From Methanobacteriota archaeon (GTDB taxonomy: Archaea > Halobacteriota > Bog-38 > Methanoflorentales > Methanoflorentaceae): DNA of 64,000 bases. Positions 33,317-43,737 of the stretch are shown here, in pieces. The stretch lies in assembly GCA_963719035.1 (NCBI GenBank), contig CAVRAO010000012.1, forward strand, positions 224,001-288,000, in the 5' to 3' direction. The position numbers and the translations under genes are program-made. Under the pieces are notes generated by a model, which was given only the letters and a program-made list of their open reading frames with translations, was not told the origin of the DNA and did not search any database. Every line of letters starts with the position of its first letter. Position 1 is the first letter of the stretch.

Positions 33317-34021
33317 TCACGACGAGTCGAGCAACTGCGCCAACTGAGCGACGCTATTTTCTTGCGTGACAAACCGCGGCGGTATGCTTCTTTGGATGAA
33401 TCCGGATATCCCGAGCATTTCTTCCATCTCGGATGATAGCGCGTACGTTGGCCGCGCGCTCTTGTCGGGCTTCTTCTGGCTTATCAACAGCGCGCGGTTT
33501 AATAGCCTGCTATCTTTACTGCCTACGACGATGACAAGATTCTCGAAGGCGTATCCGCGCTTAACGTGGGCGTTGGACGGATAACGCTGACGATAAGCGG
33601 CCCTTTCAGAGGCTGATAACCAGTTAAAATCGATCACCTGATCGATCGTGAAATAACCGACGAAGTAAAGCGCTTCGGGATAGTCTGAGTTGTCGTGTTT
33701 GAACGGCTTTAATCCCGCGTAAAAAACGAGCAAATCCCCTTCGTACAACTTGAGGAGATAACGGCGCTTAGCTGAAGGGTCACCGTATGTGTGCGTTTCG
33801 AACTCCGGATCATCGTGCATAGGCACATGCCTGAGCGCCGGGGGCACGTAGGTCGACAGCGGTTTTCCCTTTCTGCCGATTCGTTCACCGTAGGTCGTAG
33901 CCGTGCACGATCGATACGTCTCTGGAATGGGAACGAATTCGAACGATCCGTCGTCAAAAACGGGGCCATATGTTCCGCCGCTTCCCTTGTCGATGCCGAC
34001 GCGGAGCAATAACGCTTTCAT
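33317..34021 (-). CDS. Nmad3-family (nucleotide modification associated domain 3) protein
   Basis: LLRVGIDKGSGG...GPVFDDGSFEFVPIPE, HDDPEF, TYGD, GDLLVFYAGL, NAH. Confidence 0.75.
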   Translation of the reverse strand: MKALLLRVGIDKGSGGTYGPVFDDGSFEFVPIPETYRSCTATTYGERIGRKGKPLSTYVPPALRHVPMHDDPEFETHTYGDPSAKRRYLLKLYEGDLLVFYAGLKPFKHDNSDYPEALYFVGYFTIDQVIDFNWLSASERAAYRQRYPSNAHVKRGYAFENLVIVVGSKDSRLLNRALLISQKKPDKSARPTYALSSEMEEMLGISGFIQRSIPPRFVTQENSVAQLAQLLDSS

Positions 34022-34119
34022 TCTCTAGGTCCAACACCTTCAAGCCTGAAGTATATAACGGCAAGCGGTACGGTGCTTTGGAAGCACCCCGGCGTTGTCG
34101 GTACGCCTTACCGACGCCA

Positions 34120-34302
34120 TCATTTTTCCGCTCTTTTAATCGCTATGCGGTCTATGACGTTTTCGTATGCGTCGCGAAGGCCGCGGAGAGCACGCAGACT
34201 ATCATAACCCTGAGGGTTATCGACGATTGTCGTGCTCTCAAGCGCTTCGATCTCCTTCTTACAGAAGGTAATAACGTCCTCCAATATCTCTTCGCAATCC
34301 AT
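34120..34302 (-). CDS. Small hypothetical protein
   Basis: MDCEEILEDVITFCKKEIEAL... helical 60-aa ORF. Confidence 0.5.
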   Translation of the reverse strand: MDCEEILEDVITFCKKEIEALESTTIVDNPQGYDSLRALRGLRDAYENVIDRIAIKRAEK

Positions 34303-34429
34303 TTTTATTCCCCGCTCCTGCTCACTTATGGCGCAGAAAAAGCATCGCACCGCTAAGCATTCTCTTTGTATGATGAAGAAGCTTTGCAGGGCTTATGTTT
34401 TTATAGCGCAAGCGAGCATTGAGGCGACG

Positions 34430-34879
34430 GTGATTGTTATAAGCTTTGAAAAATGCGTGCAGTTTGCAAACGACCACCCGATATGTTCTGTGGCGACCGT
34501 CGATGGCGATCAGCCGCGAGTGAGGACGTTTGGGTTGTGGTTTGCTGACAAAGACGGCTTCTACTTTTCGACGGGCAAGACAAAGAGCATCTATCGACAG
34601 TTTGCCGCAAATCCGAAGGTTGAGCTCTGTTTTTATACGCCACCGGAGCGTCCGCCCGAAGAAGGAGGGGCGGTTGACATCGGGACGATGATGCGGGCAT
34701 CGGGTACGGTCAAATTCCTCGACGAGGCTGGCCTTAAACAGCGTCTCCTTGATGAGCGACCATTCTTGCGTTCCTTTGCGGAAAATGTCGCTATATTCCA
34801 CGTTCGAAATGGTGAGGCGTGGTTTTGGACGTGGGAAGACAACGTGCACGAGGCTGACATTAAGCGAATTCCCTTCTAA
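34430..34879 (+). CDS. Pyridoxamine 5'-phosphate oxidase-like FMN-binding protein
   Basis: VATVDGDQPRVR, FYFSTGKTK, ANPKVELCF. Confidence 0.88.
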   Translation: MIVISFEKCVQFANDHPICSVATVDGDQPRVRTFGLWFADKDGFYFSTGKTKSIYRQFAANPKVELCFYTPPERPPEEGGAVDIGTMMRASGTVKFLDEAGLKQRLLDERPFLRSFAENVAIFHVRNGEAWFWTWEDNVHEADIKRIPF

Positions 34880-35015
34880 AGCAGAAACCAGGGACGGCAA
34901 CAGAACGAGCCGCTTTCTGTTTCACCCGTTTCTGTTTTTTCAAGTGCGTTCTTTTAAAAGAGGGCCTCCAACCTTTTCTCCAGCAGTCCGGGGGTGATTC
35001 ATTCGTGATTGCTTG

Positions 35016-35348
35016 CTATCGGCTTGTTTCCCATACCAACTGCAAGAGACGCGTGATCTGAGCCTCGTCGATTTCGCCCACGTTGCGAATCTCGACGTGC
35101 TTCATCGTTCCTGAGCCGACAAATTGGCTTACCTCGTCTGCTGAAAGACCGACCATGGAAAAGCCCAGATTCACGTGGTCTTTGAGTGCAACAATGTAGT
35201 AGGCCCCACCGTCGTACGTTGGGACCCCCCACTTCATCTCCTCTCGTATCTGAGGGAGGGCCCGGAGGATAATCTCTCGCAGCCGCTCGCAGATCTCTCT
35301 TTGCGGCGAGGGTTGCTTATTAATGTAGCTCTCGACGTTTTCGGTCAT
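35016..35348 (-). CDS. DUF1801 (YdhG-like) protein
   Basis: VESYI, LREII, EEMKWGVPTY, KDHVNLGF, MKHVEI. Confidence 0.88.
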   Translation of the reverse strand: MTENVESYINKQPSPQREICERLREIILRALPQIREEMKWGVPTYDGGAYYIVALKDHVNLGFSMVGLSADEVSQFVGSGTMKHVEIRNVGEIDEAQITRLLQLVWETSR

Positions 35349-35700
35349 CTTTCCGCTTCATAGCGCTGTCTTTTTTCCGCAGTTCTCGCTGAAGTTAGCC
35401 ACGTAGGGACTAATTTCGTTGCGCACGGTAAAAAGCTATGCTCAGCGGTGAGGCACTATCGTTGGGTTCAGCGCTTTAATGAGCCGTAATAGCGCTCGAG
35501 CCAATGACGCTGAAATATAAAAACTGCACCAAAACTGCATTTTTATATAGCTCCGACTGGCTCAGTTGAACGGGAGGCACTACTAGACGCGCTTAAGGAT
35601 CTAGTTGTTTAATATCGGACGTGCCTTAATCGAAGGATGAAATAAAAAAAAGAAAAATAAAGCTTGATCTTTTTTGAGAACTTCCATGCCAAGCAAATGC

Positions 35701-35937
35701 CTAGCCACTGATCATATGCAACTGAGGACTCATGGATAGCACGCCAGCAACAACAGCAAGTAGCAACCAAGATGTCGATACCAAACCGAGCTTCATGTTC
35801 AAGATATCACCAATGATTCCTAAAGCAACAAATATTAAGGAGAGAATCGTCATAGACGTGGCAGCCTTATTGCAATATCCAATTTCCCTTAATATGTGCT
35901 CACGGTTCTTGAAAGGTTGATGATGTGAATAACTCAT
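35701..35937 (-). CDS. Small two-TM membrane protein, probably frameshifted at the 3' end
   Basis: Two hydrophobic helices; RBS GGAGGTG. Confidence 0.6.
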   Translation of the reverse strand: MSYSHHQPFKNREHILREIGYCNKAATSMTILSLIFVALGIIGDILNMKLGLVSTSWLLLAVVAGVLSMSPQLHMISG

Positions 35938-36155
35938 AATAGGACACCTCCTTTTCAATGCTTATGCAAGAGGTGATTGTTGGCTTAACAATTCCCATTC
36001 TTTTTTCCACAAAACAGCCCGGCCCAGAAGCTAGTATCGTTCAGCTGCGAAACTCAGCTCCAGGTGAGGGCGGCGGTATAGGTCGCAATAGCACGGGCCC
36101 CATCGACCGTAAGGATATAGTCGACACGCTCAAGTCAATGATTGTATCGCGCTCG

Positions 36156-36532
36156 TCATCGTCTCCGCTGTATAGCGGCGAGATTGCGTTCGAAGACTGT
36201 GGCAGTCTTACTAGCCTCCTCCTCGTGACTAAAAATCACAAATTCAGTGCCAGCTTCTATAATCGCTCTATGCATTGGCTCCGCGTAGAACACATCTCCG
36301 GCGTTAAAGACCTCTTCACGGTCTTTGTATATTACTCGACATCTTTCTTTTAAGATATATCCCCAAGCCGCGCGGGGCTCATGTCGTCAGGCAAGCCTTT
36401 GAGGAATGGAGTCTCGTCGTATTCCTTATCGAAGGTAGCTATCTCGGCGCGTATCGCACCCCACACTGTTCCCCGAAAGGCAAACCCTTCTCCTTTTGCT
36501 ATAACTGGCGGCTCTGTCTTTGAGCTTCTCAT
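36156..36532 (-). pseudogene. Cupin-fold protein, frameshifted
   Basis: LKGLPDDM...WGYI...EEVFNAGDVFYAEPMHRAIIEAGTEFVIFS read across frames. Confidence 0.65.
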
Positions 36533-36587
36533 CGTAGCCTCCTTTTAAGGGAGATGTTGTGCGTAATAGTTCGGATAGTTGCTGCAA

Positions 36588-36857
36588 TCAGGCCTTGCGA
36601 CCGTCCGCGCCGCTTTGCCTATCGATAATAGTACCTAGCACAAGGCGCTTACGTAAGGGGCTAAAATACGACTGACGTCTTTCTTCTTCCTGTCCATCAT
36701 TCGCGGTATTCCTGAAGTACGAAACGAGCGCATCGAGCGCTTGCGTATCATCTAATTGAGCTTCTGACTCATCATAGACTTTTGTTTTTACTTCAGAAAG
36801 CGCACGGTTCAATAACTCCGCATCGCTGCCGGTTAAGATTAGTCCCTTCTCAATCAT
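36588..36857 (-). CDS. Hypothetical protein
   Basis: ORF with GGAGGG RBS. Confidence 0.5.
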   Translation of the reverse strand: MIEKGLILTGSDAELLNRALSEVKTKVYDESEAQLDDTQALDALVSYFRNTANDGQEEERRQSYFSPLRKRLVLGTIIDRQSGADGRKA

Positions 36858-37318
36858 TTTTTCCCTCCTTGCTTGTTCGTACTTTTTACATGGACACGCT
36901 TCATCATAGCGTGATGGGTTTTTTCTGACGACCAAACTAGCGACAAACTGGCCGTAATTTCATAAAACCGACGCTTATCGCTTACGTTCCGAAGTAAAAT
37001 AGATCGTGCGTCTCTCGCTTAGGATGGCGGTATAACTCGCAGTAAAACGGAACGCGATCATATTCGCCGCGTCGCTGGCACTGTACATAAAGCTCGCAGC
37101 TTACGCAGTAGGTCATAGTCAATAATGGGTATCGAAGCGCCAATTACCTAATCGACGAGCATAGCGAAAGTAATAGCTGCACTATCAACCGCGCGTAGCC
37201 GAAAATAACTCCTATTGTTGTAACAAGCGGACGTTACAACAACATTTATTTCCTTAGAGCGCCTTTATACGCGTTTAGGAAAACGGCGGTTCTATTATCG
37301 CCGAAAACATGAAATGAG

Positions 37319-37630
37319 GTGAAAGATATGAGTAAATTTTTTGCTAAGTGGTGGATTGACAACTCAAGATTGCCGGCTTCACCGCAAGAAAACGCGGCTC
37401 TCAGGGTAAAGATGCTCGAGATGGTGAAAGCTGAATTGAGCGCAGGCAAGTTTACTGACTGGGGACAGTATGGCAACGGAATGGCCGGATACTGCATTGG
37501 CGAAGGGAGCGAGGAGGACATGTACGCTATCATGTTCAAGTGGATGCCGGTTGTCCAGTTTAAGGTGCTCCCAGTGCTCAGCGTCGACCAATCGATAAAT
37601 ATAATGAAGAAGTTTGTGCAGGGCAAGTAA
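37319..37630 (+). CDS. DUF3303-like protein
   Basis: GKFTDWG...GYCIGEG...W.P.V.F.V.PVLSVD pattern. Confidence 0.7.
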   Translation: MKDMSKFFAKWWIDNSRLPASPQENAALRVKMLEMVKAELSAGKFTDWGQYGNGMAGYCIGEGSEEDMYAIMFKWMPVVQFKVLPVLSVDQSINIMKKFVQGK

Positions 37631-38325
37631 CCTGCATCTTCTCTTTTTTTCTTTTTAGACTTCGCGCATGCAAATTGCATGCAACTAAGTAGCCTGGACT
37701 AAATCCAACGAACTCCAAAAAAGATAGGTAGAATGAGGGACGAAAGCGGATCCGGACCGAGGATATTTAGAATAATCAAAAAAATGATTATCTCCGCCTT
37801 CGTCGGTGCCTCATAACGATAGAAACCAGATATACTTTTCTATTTGCGTTTGTTACTCTGTTTTAAGCAGAAACTTAGGGGTATTTAGCTTCAAGAAGGC
37901 GCTGCACAAGACCTTTTTTAAAACCATCGCACGCGTGGCCTGTCTATGTCGCCGGTCCGCTCACCGTACTATATGACATAGCACAGCGCCATTATCAGGT
38001 CATCTTTAGAAGTCACCTCAGCTCTCAACGTGAGCGCCCCAGCTCGAGGAAATTAGGGAAATTTTTTTGGTGGAAGCGTACCAAGTTGTATGAGGCCCTT
38101 AGCTGCAACTGTTTGCTGCGATCTGTGTCGTATCAGCAGATAAAGCGAACTTCGGCGGGTCAAAGGGGATATTGAACATGGTAGGATTAGACGCCTTACG
38201 TCTGCTGTATTTGTGGAAAGCCTGTCATCTCGTAACGATCTCGTCTTGGATGAACGAAGTGTTTTAGAATCTGACTGCGGCTGGCAGTTGTTAGTGGTTT
38301 CCGACACGGAAACGATGATGATTGG

Positions 38326-38925
38326 CTACGAGGCAGCTCCCACACTCCACAAACCACGGTGCTCTTGCATCGCTAACAGCTGAGCCTCATAGAAAGTCTG
38401 TTTGCACGAGATGTCGGGCGGATATGGCGTCGCCTGAGCGTATCCTTCACGTACGAGCTCATAATTGACTAGGATATCCGCAACAAACACGAAACGGAGC
38501 AGGCGACCATATCTGTCAGTTTCCCTGACGTCTTTGACGAGAATGACGTTCTTGCCTGCGACAAGCTCTTTGTTCCTCGTGGTCGCTTCAGAGCTCATCC
38601 ATTCGTTCTTCACCGTATCTTCCGGCGCGTTGATCCCAATATAGCGCACCGTGTAATCTACATCGTCGATGCGCACATGAACGGTATCCCCGTCGACGAT
38701 TTTGGTAACGACGCCACTCGTTGTCCGAGCAGGCGTCGCGTTAATGCACGCAAATGAGCTTCCTGTTGTGAGAACAGGGGCAGAAATCGGCTCCCCGCTC
38801 GTGGGCGCTTGTGCACTGTGCTCGGTATCGTTGACTTCTTGTTGCGTTAAGCAGCCACAAACAGAAACCAAAAGTGCAATAGCAATTATCACGTAAAGCG
38901 CTGGCTGTTCGCGCTTCATAAACAT
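38326..38925 (-). CDS. Thermonuclease (SNase) family lipoprotein
   Basis: IVDGDT, RYIGINAPE, DRYGRLLR, YPPD, HRGLW; close paralog of 6135-6733. Confidence 0.92.
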   Translation of the reverse strand: MFMKREQPALYVIIAIALLVSVCGCLTQQEVNDTEHSAQAPTSGEPISAPVLTTGSSFACINATPARTTSGVVTKIVDGDTVHVRIDDVDYTVRYIGINAPEDTVKNEWMSSEATTRNKELVAGKNVILVKDVRETDRYGRLLRFVFVADILVNYELVREGYAQATPYPPDISCKQTFYEAQLLAMQEHRGLWSVGAAS

Positions 38926-38975
38926 AAGACGGGGAGCAATGGCTTTCGAAGATGTCACGTTTTGCTTCCAAATGG

Positions 38976-39626
38976 CTACCCTTGAAGTTGGGCAGTGCGA
39001 ACTCCCATGTCAAAAGCTTTTTGGCAATCTTTGGGAAATTCTTCTTTTCGTCTCTTTGCTTTCTCTTGAACATCAAATAATGTTGACTCATACTTAGAAT
39101 AATCGTCAAATTGATAGGTATCGGTAACAAACAGCGATTCTGATTCTCCGAAGATCCTCTTTATCACCCTTTCAGCAACCTTGAGATGCTGATCATAGCC
39201 CATTAGTTTCATCTGGTCTTCTCGCGCACCCATAGTGTAAATTAAACCCATCTTGATCTTCTTCTTAAAAAGCGTTGAATGGTTCATATCATACACCAAG
39301 TACGGAAATATTAACCGTTCCATGAAGGATCTCATCTCGCCGGTAGCGGTTCCCAGGTAGATTGGAGAACCCAAGATAATGGCATCAGCCTCCTCAGCTT
39401 TTTTGAGAATTGGTGTCAAATCGTCATTTACGGCGCACCTGCCATAGCTCTCGCCATTTTTCAATTTGCAGGCAAAACAGCTAATGCAGCCTTTAAAATT
39501 GAGCTTATAAAGATGAACAAGTTCAGTCTCTGCTCCGTGTGAAGCCGCTCCTTCAAGCGCGTTATTTAATAGGGTTGCGGTATTGCATTTAGTTCTCGGA
39601 CTTCCGTTTATCGCTAATACTTTCAC
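38976..39626 (-). CDS. Iron-sulfur flavoprotein / NADPH-dependent FMN reductase family
   Basis: INGSPR, GCISCFAC...C, LGSPIY, FMERL. Confidence 0.9.
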   Translation of the reverse strand: MKVLAINGSPRTKCNTATLLNNALEGAASHGAETELVHLYKLNFKGCISCFACKLKNGESYGRCAVNDDLTPILKKAEEADAIILGSPIYLGTATGEMRSFMERLIFPYLVYDMNHSTLFKKKIKMGLIYTMGAREDQMKLMGYDQHLKVAERVIKRIFGESESLFVTDTYQFDDYSKYESTLFDVQEKAKRRKEEFPKDCQKAFDMGVRTAQLQG

Positions 39627-39764
39627 ACTCTTGCATCTCCCTTATAGCGATTTAACCGTTTGTTTATACGAACGCGTATCCGAACATTGACTCAAACTCA
39701 TACGCCGTGTGTACCGACACTATCAAAGTCCGACAACGTGATTGAGGGGCTTAGTATCAGTCTA

Positions 39765-40505
39765 TTATTCTTGAATTTCGTGAGCCGAAAAGCCTTTCCT
39801 GATTACCCTGTGGCTGCCGTCACAAAAAGGTTTATTCGAAGAGCTGCCACATCGGCATAGGGTGACGCGATTGCGAATTTCGTAAGTCGTTCCATTCGCT
39901 GCTTCTATTGGGATACATCCGCGGACCCAGAGAGGACCGCTATATCCTCTCAGCGGCTCCTCGACCACTGCGATGGAGGGTTCAAACTCAGGCTCAATGG
40001 GTTTTCCAGTTTTTTTATCAAACGCCACTAGGCGACCTGAGTTGCAGTTCGCCACTTCTTCGATGGCAATACGTCGCGCCTCGGGATTATCTGAATGTAA
40101 AGTCAGCTCGCGAATGCCGCCGGCGCGATTACACATGCCCACGTGTGAGCAAAGGTCCCGAACATCATTCAGAATGAGCCCTGGCCCATCTACCTCTCCG
40201 GCGTGAGAGAGATACGGCTCCCTACTAGCGGTCTCCGTGCCACCGAAATGCACTTCTTCGTGAGTGTCGTCGCAAAAAGGTTTGTCTTTGGACTGCCCGC
40301 AGCGACATAACGAATACGCGTCCTGCAAGGGGTAACGTTTGCTCACGTGGTAATCGTAAGGGTAATCATCGGCATCATTTGCAACTGTGAGTTCGAGCAG
40401 AGGAATAGCGCCCGAAACGTTATAAGGGCCGTCTTTGCACACCTTAATATTGCGTTTGTCATTGACCTTCTCTCTTGTGCGTTCTTTTTCACTTGCCATA
40501 ATCAC
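39765..40505 (-). CDS. CDGSH iron-sulfur domain protein (two CDGSH motifs around a divergent Fe-S domain)
   Basis: LCRCGQSKDKPFCDDTH and LCRCGSSSNKPFCDGSH. Confidence 0.92.
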   Translation of the reverse strand: MIMASEKERTREKVNDKRNIKVCKDGPYNVSGAIPLLELTVANDADDYPYDYHVSKRYPLQDAYSLCRCGQSKDKPFCDDTHEEVHFGGTETASREPYLSHAGEVDGPGLILNDVRDLCSHVGMCNRAGGIRELTLHSDNPEARRIAIEEVANCNSGRLVAFDKKTGKPIEPEFEPSIAVVEEPLRGYSGPLWVRGCIPIEAANGTTYEIRNRVTLCRCGSSSNKPFCDGSHRVIRKGFSAHEIQE

Positions 40506-40689
40506 TCGTCCCTCTTTTTGTTAAGGCGTTATTCGCTTCGGTAGCATCATTTATAGTTCTAACCCGCAAGGCGGCCCGTCAAGCGTAGCTAGAAGCTATA
40601 GAACTACGCCTGTGCCTTAAGCAAAAAAAGGTCTAAGCTAATGAATCACTTAGAATAACAAAGCCTGGAGCGCTCAGCGCACGCTTTGC

Positions 40690-41366
40690 TTACGGAAGTC
40701 CCTTGATTATTGCGTATCCTTCTGCTTCCGAAAACGCCTTCAAGGTCTGTATGCTTGCCGCTCCGCGGCCCGCGATAATGAGTACCGCTTTCCCCATTGC
40801 CTCGTCGCTCGGAACCTTTAGCAATTGCAATCATATCGTACTTTCCAAAGACAAAGTAGAACTCTTTAAGGTTTCCACCGACGGACTTGAACGTATTCCA
40901 GGCGAGTTCCACTCGCTGGGGTGTGTCCTTCACCTTCTCGATTCCTGCCTGAGTCCATTTAATAAGCATAACGAACTGCCGCACCATGCCGAGTATATTC
41001 TCATTGTGCCACCATTCGACGATCTTGCCTTTCGCTATGCGAAAGATGCTGGCACGCGTCATTGCAATGGGCTTACCGGTCGGAGCGAGGCCCATGAACT
41101 AGCCCTGATGCGTGCCACGAATAGTCATCCTCACGGCGACCCGATCTCCTTCGGGAATCACGTCCTCGACGGTAACGTGGCTGTCGGGGAAGGCACCGCT
41201 CATCATGCGAAACGTCTGCTTTATGCCGTCCAACCCTGGGGCCTGATGTGGGGGTGGGTTGTGGTCGACGACATCAGGATCGCATACTTCCTCGAAAATC
41301 GTGATGTTAGCGGCGTTGAACGCTTCTGTATAGCGATCGAGCGGCTTTGCTCTCTTCTATTGACAT
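40690..41366 (-). pseudogene. Chimeric pseudogene: SnoaL-like ester cyclase fused to a GYD-domain gene
   Basis: AFPD...EGDRVAVR...GTHQG*FMGLAPTGK (TAG at 41099-41101), running into FVMLIKWTQAGIEKVKD...FGKYD; frameshifts present. Confidence 0.7.
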
Positions 41367-41520
41367 GGACAACGCCGTTCACGTAAGCGTGCTTCGGTTT
41401 TTGTCCGCACTGCTACACGTATCGTGCGTAAGAGCGCCCCTGATAGCAAAAAGAAAAGAAATTGCTGCAACAAACTCAAGCAATGCTCGGGGTTTACGCA
41501 GCAAGGTCGCTTGCAAGCGC

Positions 41521-41820
41521 TTAACGCTGAATGCCCATCTTCTTTGTCCACGCGGTGGCCTCTGACTGCTTCAGTACGGGATGCACCTTGACTTTTCCGA
41601 CAAGCCGGAATGGTTCCACAGCAGTGTTTAAAGCTTCGTTGTCGTTTGCATCAACAACCAAAAAAAACACATGTCCCGGTGCATCGGTGTACATCTCAGT
41701 GAGGGTAACACCGGAGCGCTCCACGTGTTCGACGACTTTTGTAAAAAAATCCTTGTCGGGTCGTACAAGTCCTCCCGGACAGTCATCAGCGGTATGTTTG
41801 GCAATTACCATAAAAAGCAA
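41521..41820 (-). CDS. DUF3303/GYD-like small ferredoxin-fold protein
   Basis: FMVIAKHTADDCP...PGHVFFLVVDA...VKVHPV; RBS GGAGGTG. Confidence 0.7.
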   Translation of the reverse strand: MLFMVIAKHTADDCPGGLVRPDKDFFTKVVEHVERSGVTLTEMYTDAPGHVFFLVVDANDNEALNTAVEPFRLVGKVKVHPVLKQSEATAWTKKMGIQR

Positions 41821-42117
41821 TGAATCACCTCCTGCAATGAGTTGTGCAAACGAGTTGTGTTGACGTGTTTATATCACTTGCGCGCTCTTAACCACGCTGT
41901 GAGTAGATGTTCTGCTGGAATGTGAAGGGGAAGGCCAGAGAGTGCTATTGCCTTTAAGAATTTGGCGTTTGATGCCGAGATGATCGTAGTTGCGCATAGT
42001 GCCGCATTGTCTAAATGACGAATTTACGACGTAAAGCAACACCGCCCGGCGCTATTAAAGCGGCCGGATTTCGTCGGTGGTGATGGCGGTTGACCGCCAT
42101 CATCAAAACTTATATGC

Positions 42118-42381
42118 GTGAAAAAGACGGAACGCACGCTTCACGGAGGTGAGAAAATAACACAAATGCTTCCGCAGTGTTTCAATTGCAAACATTTCCA
42201 TACGGAGGGGGACAAATGTGACGCCTACCCGACTGAAAGGCGGTACAACTGCGACGCGTTCCCTGATCCAAAGCGAGAGATACCTGGGGACCTTCTTTCG
42301 AATACGGTCCTCCATAAGACGCCATATGCAGGAGATCACGGCATTCTCTATGACCCAATCGACCCTAAAATATCTTATTAA
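42118..42381 (+). CDS. Small Cys/His-rich protein of a type seen in phages
   Basis: CFNCKH...CDAYP...CDAFPD..IP...HKTPYAGDHGILY; GGAGGTG precedes MLPQ. Confidence 0.6.
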   Translation: MKKTERTLHGGEKITQMLPQCFNCKHFHTEGDKCDAYPTERRYNCDAFPDPKREIPGDLLSNTVLHKTPYAGDHGILYDPIDPKISY

Positions 42382-42619
42382 GCTATAACTCGCGAGTCTT
42401 TATCGTTGGACAACCTTTTTCTCATCAACCTTCGATTTTGAGCCCCCTAAGAACTTGGCTTTCTGACCGACGCAGCTTCCTATTCTTAACGGTTGCCCTT
42501 TTTCGACAGGGGTGCACCGTCAATTCTTGCCACTTTTTAACGTCACAGCGGATCTAGACGTCCTGCGTTTTGTGGCCGTCTAGGGCATCGATGAGAATGA
42601 ACGAGGTGGGGGGGATAGT

Positions 42620-42855
42620 GACGGTTTGCACCGCTAGGTCCAAGCTGATGCTGCTAACGTAAACTGCCAGTCTCGCAGCGACGCTTGTGGCCAAGTACGT
42701 CGAAGAGCACCTCGGGCGAAAGAAGTTTGCCGTAGACTGTGAGGCAGAAATTGAAAAGTTGCAGAAGGAGCTCGCAGATTACAAGCAACACCATCAGAGG
42801 GAGATAAACTCACTGACCACAGAGCTCACGGCTGAACGCGCCTTTGGACTTTGAG
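42620..42855 (+). pseudogene. Remnant of an RHH/coiled-coil paralog of 6776-7439
   Basis: One frame reads ATLVAKYVEEHLGRKKFAVDCEAEIEKLQKEL, compared with STLIARYIEQHY...EVDCDVIIEELK. Confidence 0.5.
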
Positions 42856-43007
42856 TCTGCGGAAGTGGCACGATTGAAGCAACCTCAGCCAGGTACCTTT
42901 GATTGCCCGCGGCATCGTCGCCTTGTTATGAAGGGTAGCTCCCCTCTCTCGAGCTACTGTCAAAGGTGAGTTGCTTCGGTTTTTAATTCTCTGTCGCGCA
43001 ATATGGT

Positions 43008-43526
43008 CTATCGATCGGGGACGCGCGAACCTTCTAGACTAAAGAATTCGTAATTCGACGAAACATACAAATGAGCAGCTTTTTGAGGCTCACCGCGTGT
43101 CGCAACGACTTCTCCGACAAATACTGTATGGTCCCCTGTCTCAAACTGCCCGACGACTTTACACTCAAACGCCACAGTCGCCCCTTCAATCGTCGGCACT
43201 TGCACCGCGATAGAGTCGATCAATGAGAGGCCCCCCTCTTTGATCTTGTCGATATCTCGTCCCGATCTCGTGCCGCAAAACCAGGCCGCTTCCGCTTGTT
43301 CTGCACTTGGATAGTGGACCACAAACTCCTTGTGAAAGTCAATTCCCGCGTGCGAATAACGCGAATGATCGATCGATATGATCAATAAGAAAGGATCAAT
43401 CGACGTGCGGGTTACCCACGATACGCCGAGGGCGTTCGGTTTTCCGTTTGTGTCGAGCGACGTCACGAGGCTATAAATCATTGGCGCGGCGAGCGCACCG
43501 CCCTCTTTAGGGGTTAATATTTGCAT
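43008..43526 (-). CDS. Flavin reductase-like protein
   Basis: LVTS, CGTRSGRDIDK, ECKVV...TGDHTVFVGEV. Confidence 0.9.
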   Translation of the reverse strand: MQILTPKEGGALAAPMIYSLVTSLDTNGKPNALGVSWVTRTSIDPFLLIISIDHSRYSHAGIDFHKEFVVHYPSAEQAEAAWFCGTRSGRDIDKIKEGGLSLIDSIAVQVPTIEGATVAFECKVVGQFETGDHTVFVGEVVATRGEPQKAAHLYVSSNYEFFSLEGSRVPDR

Positions 43527-43737
43527 GCTTTAGCTCCTCAGGCTGGATATCACATCTCTGGCTTAAAGCTTCCGTCTGCTGCACGCTGCGACCATGTCGA
43601 TGACTCCGACAAATGGAGATGCTGGGCAGGGGAAAGCAATAGTAGTGTATGGGTGCACGAATCTGAGAGAGGATTGCCCCCGACTGTCACACAATGATTG
43701 TCAACGCTGTGTTATTCGCCAAGGGCGCCGCGTGCGC

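Noticed and set aside
41099-41101. Pyrrolysine readthrough of the TAG in the SnoaL gene
   Set aside because: A GAG-to-TAG change at a usual Glu in a gene that is also frameshifted; no pyl genes in the window
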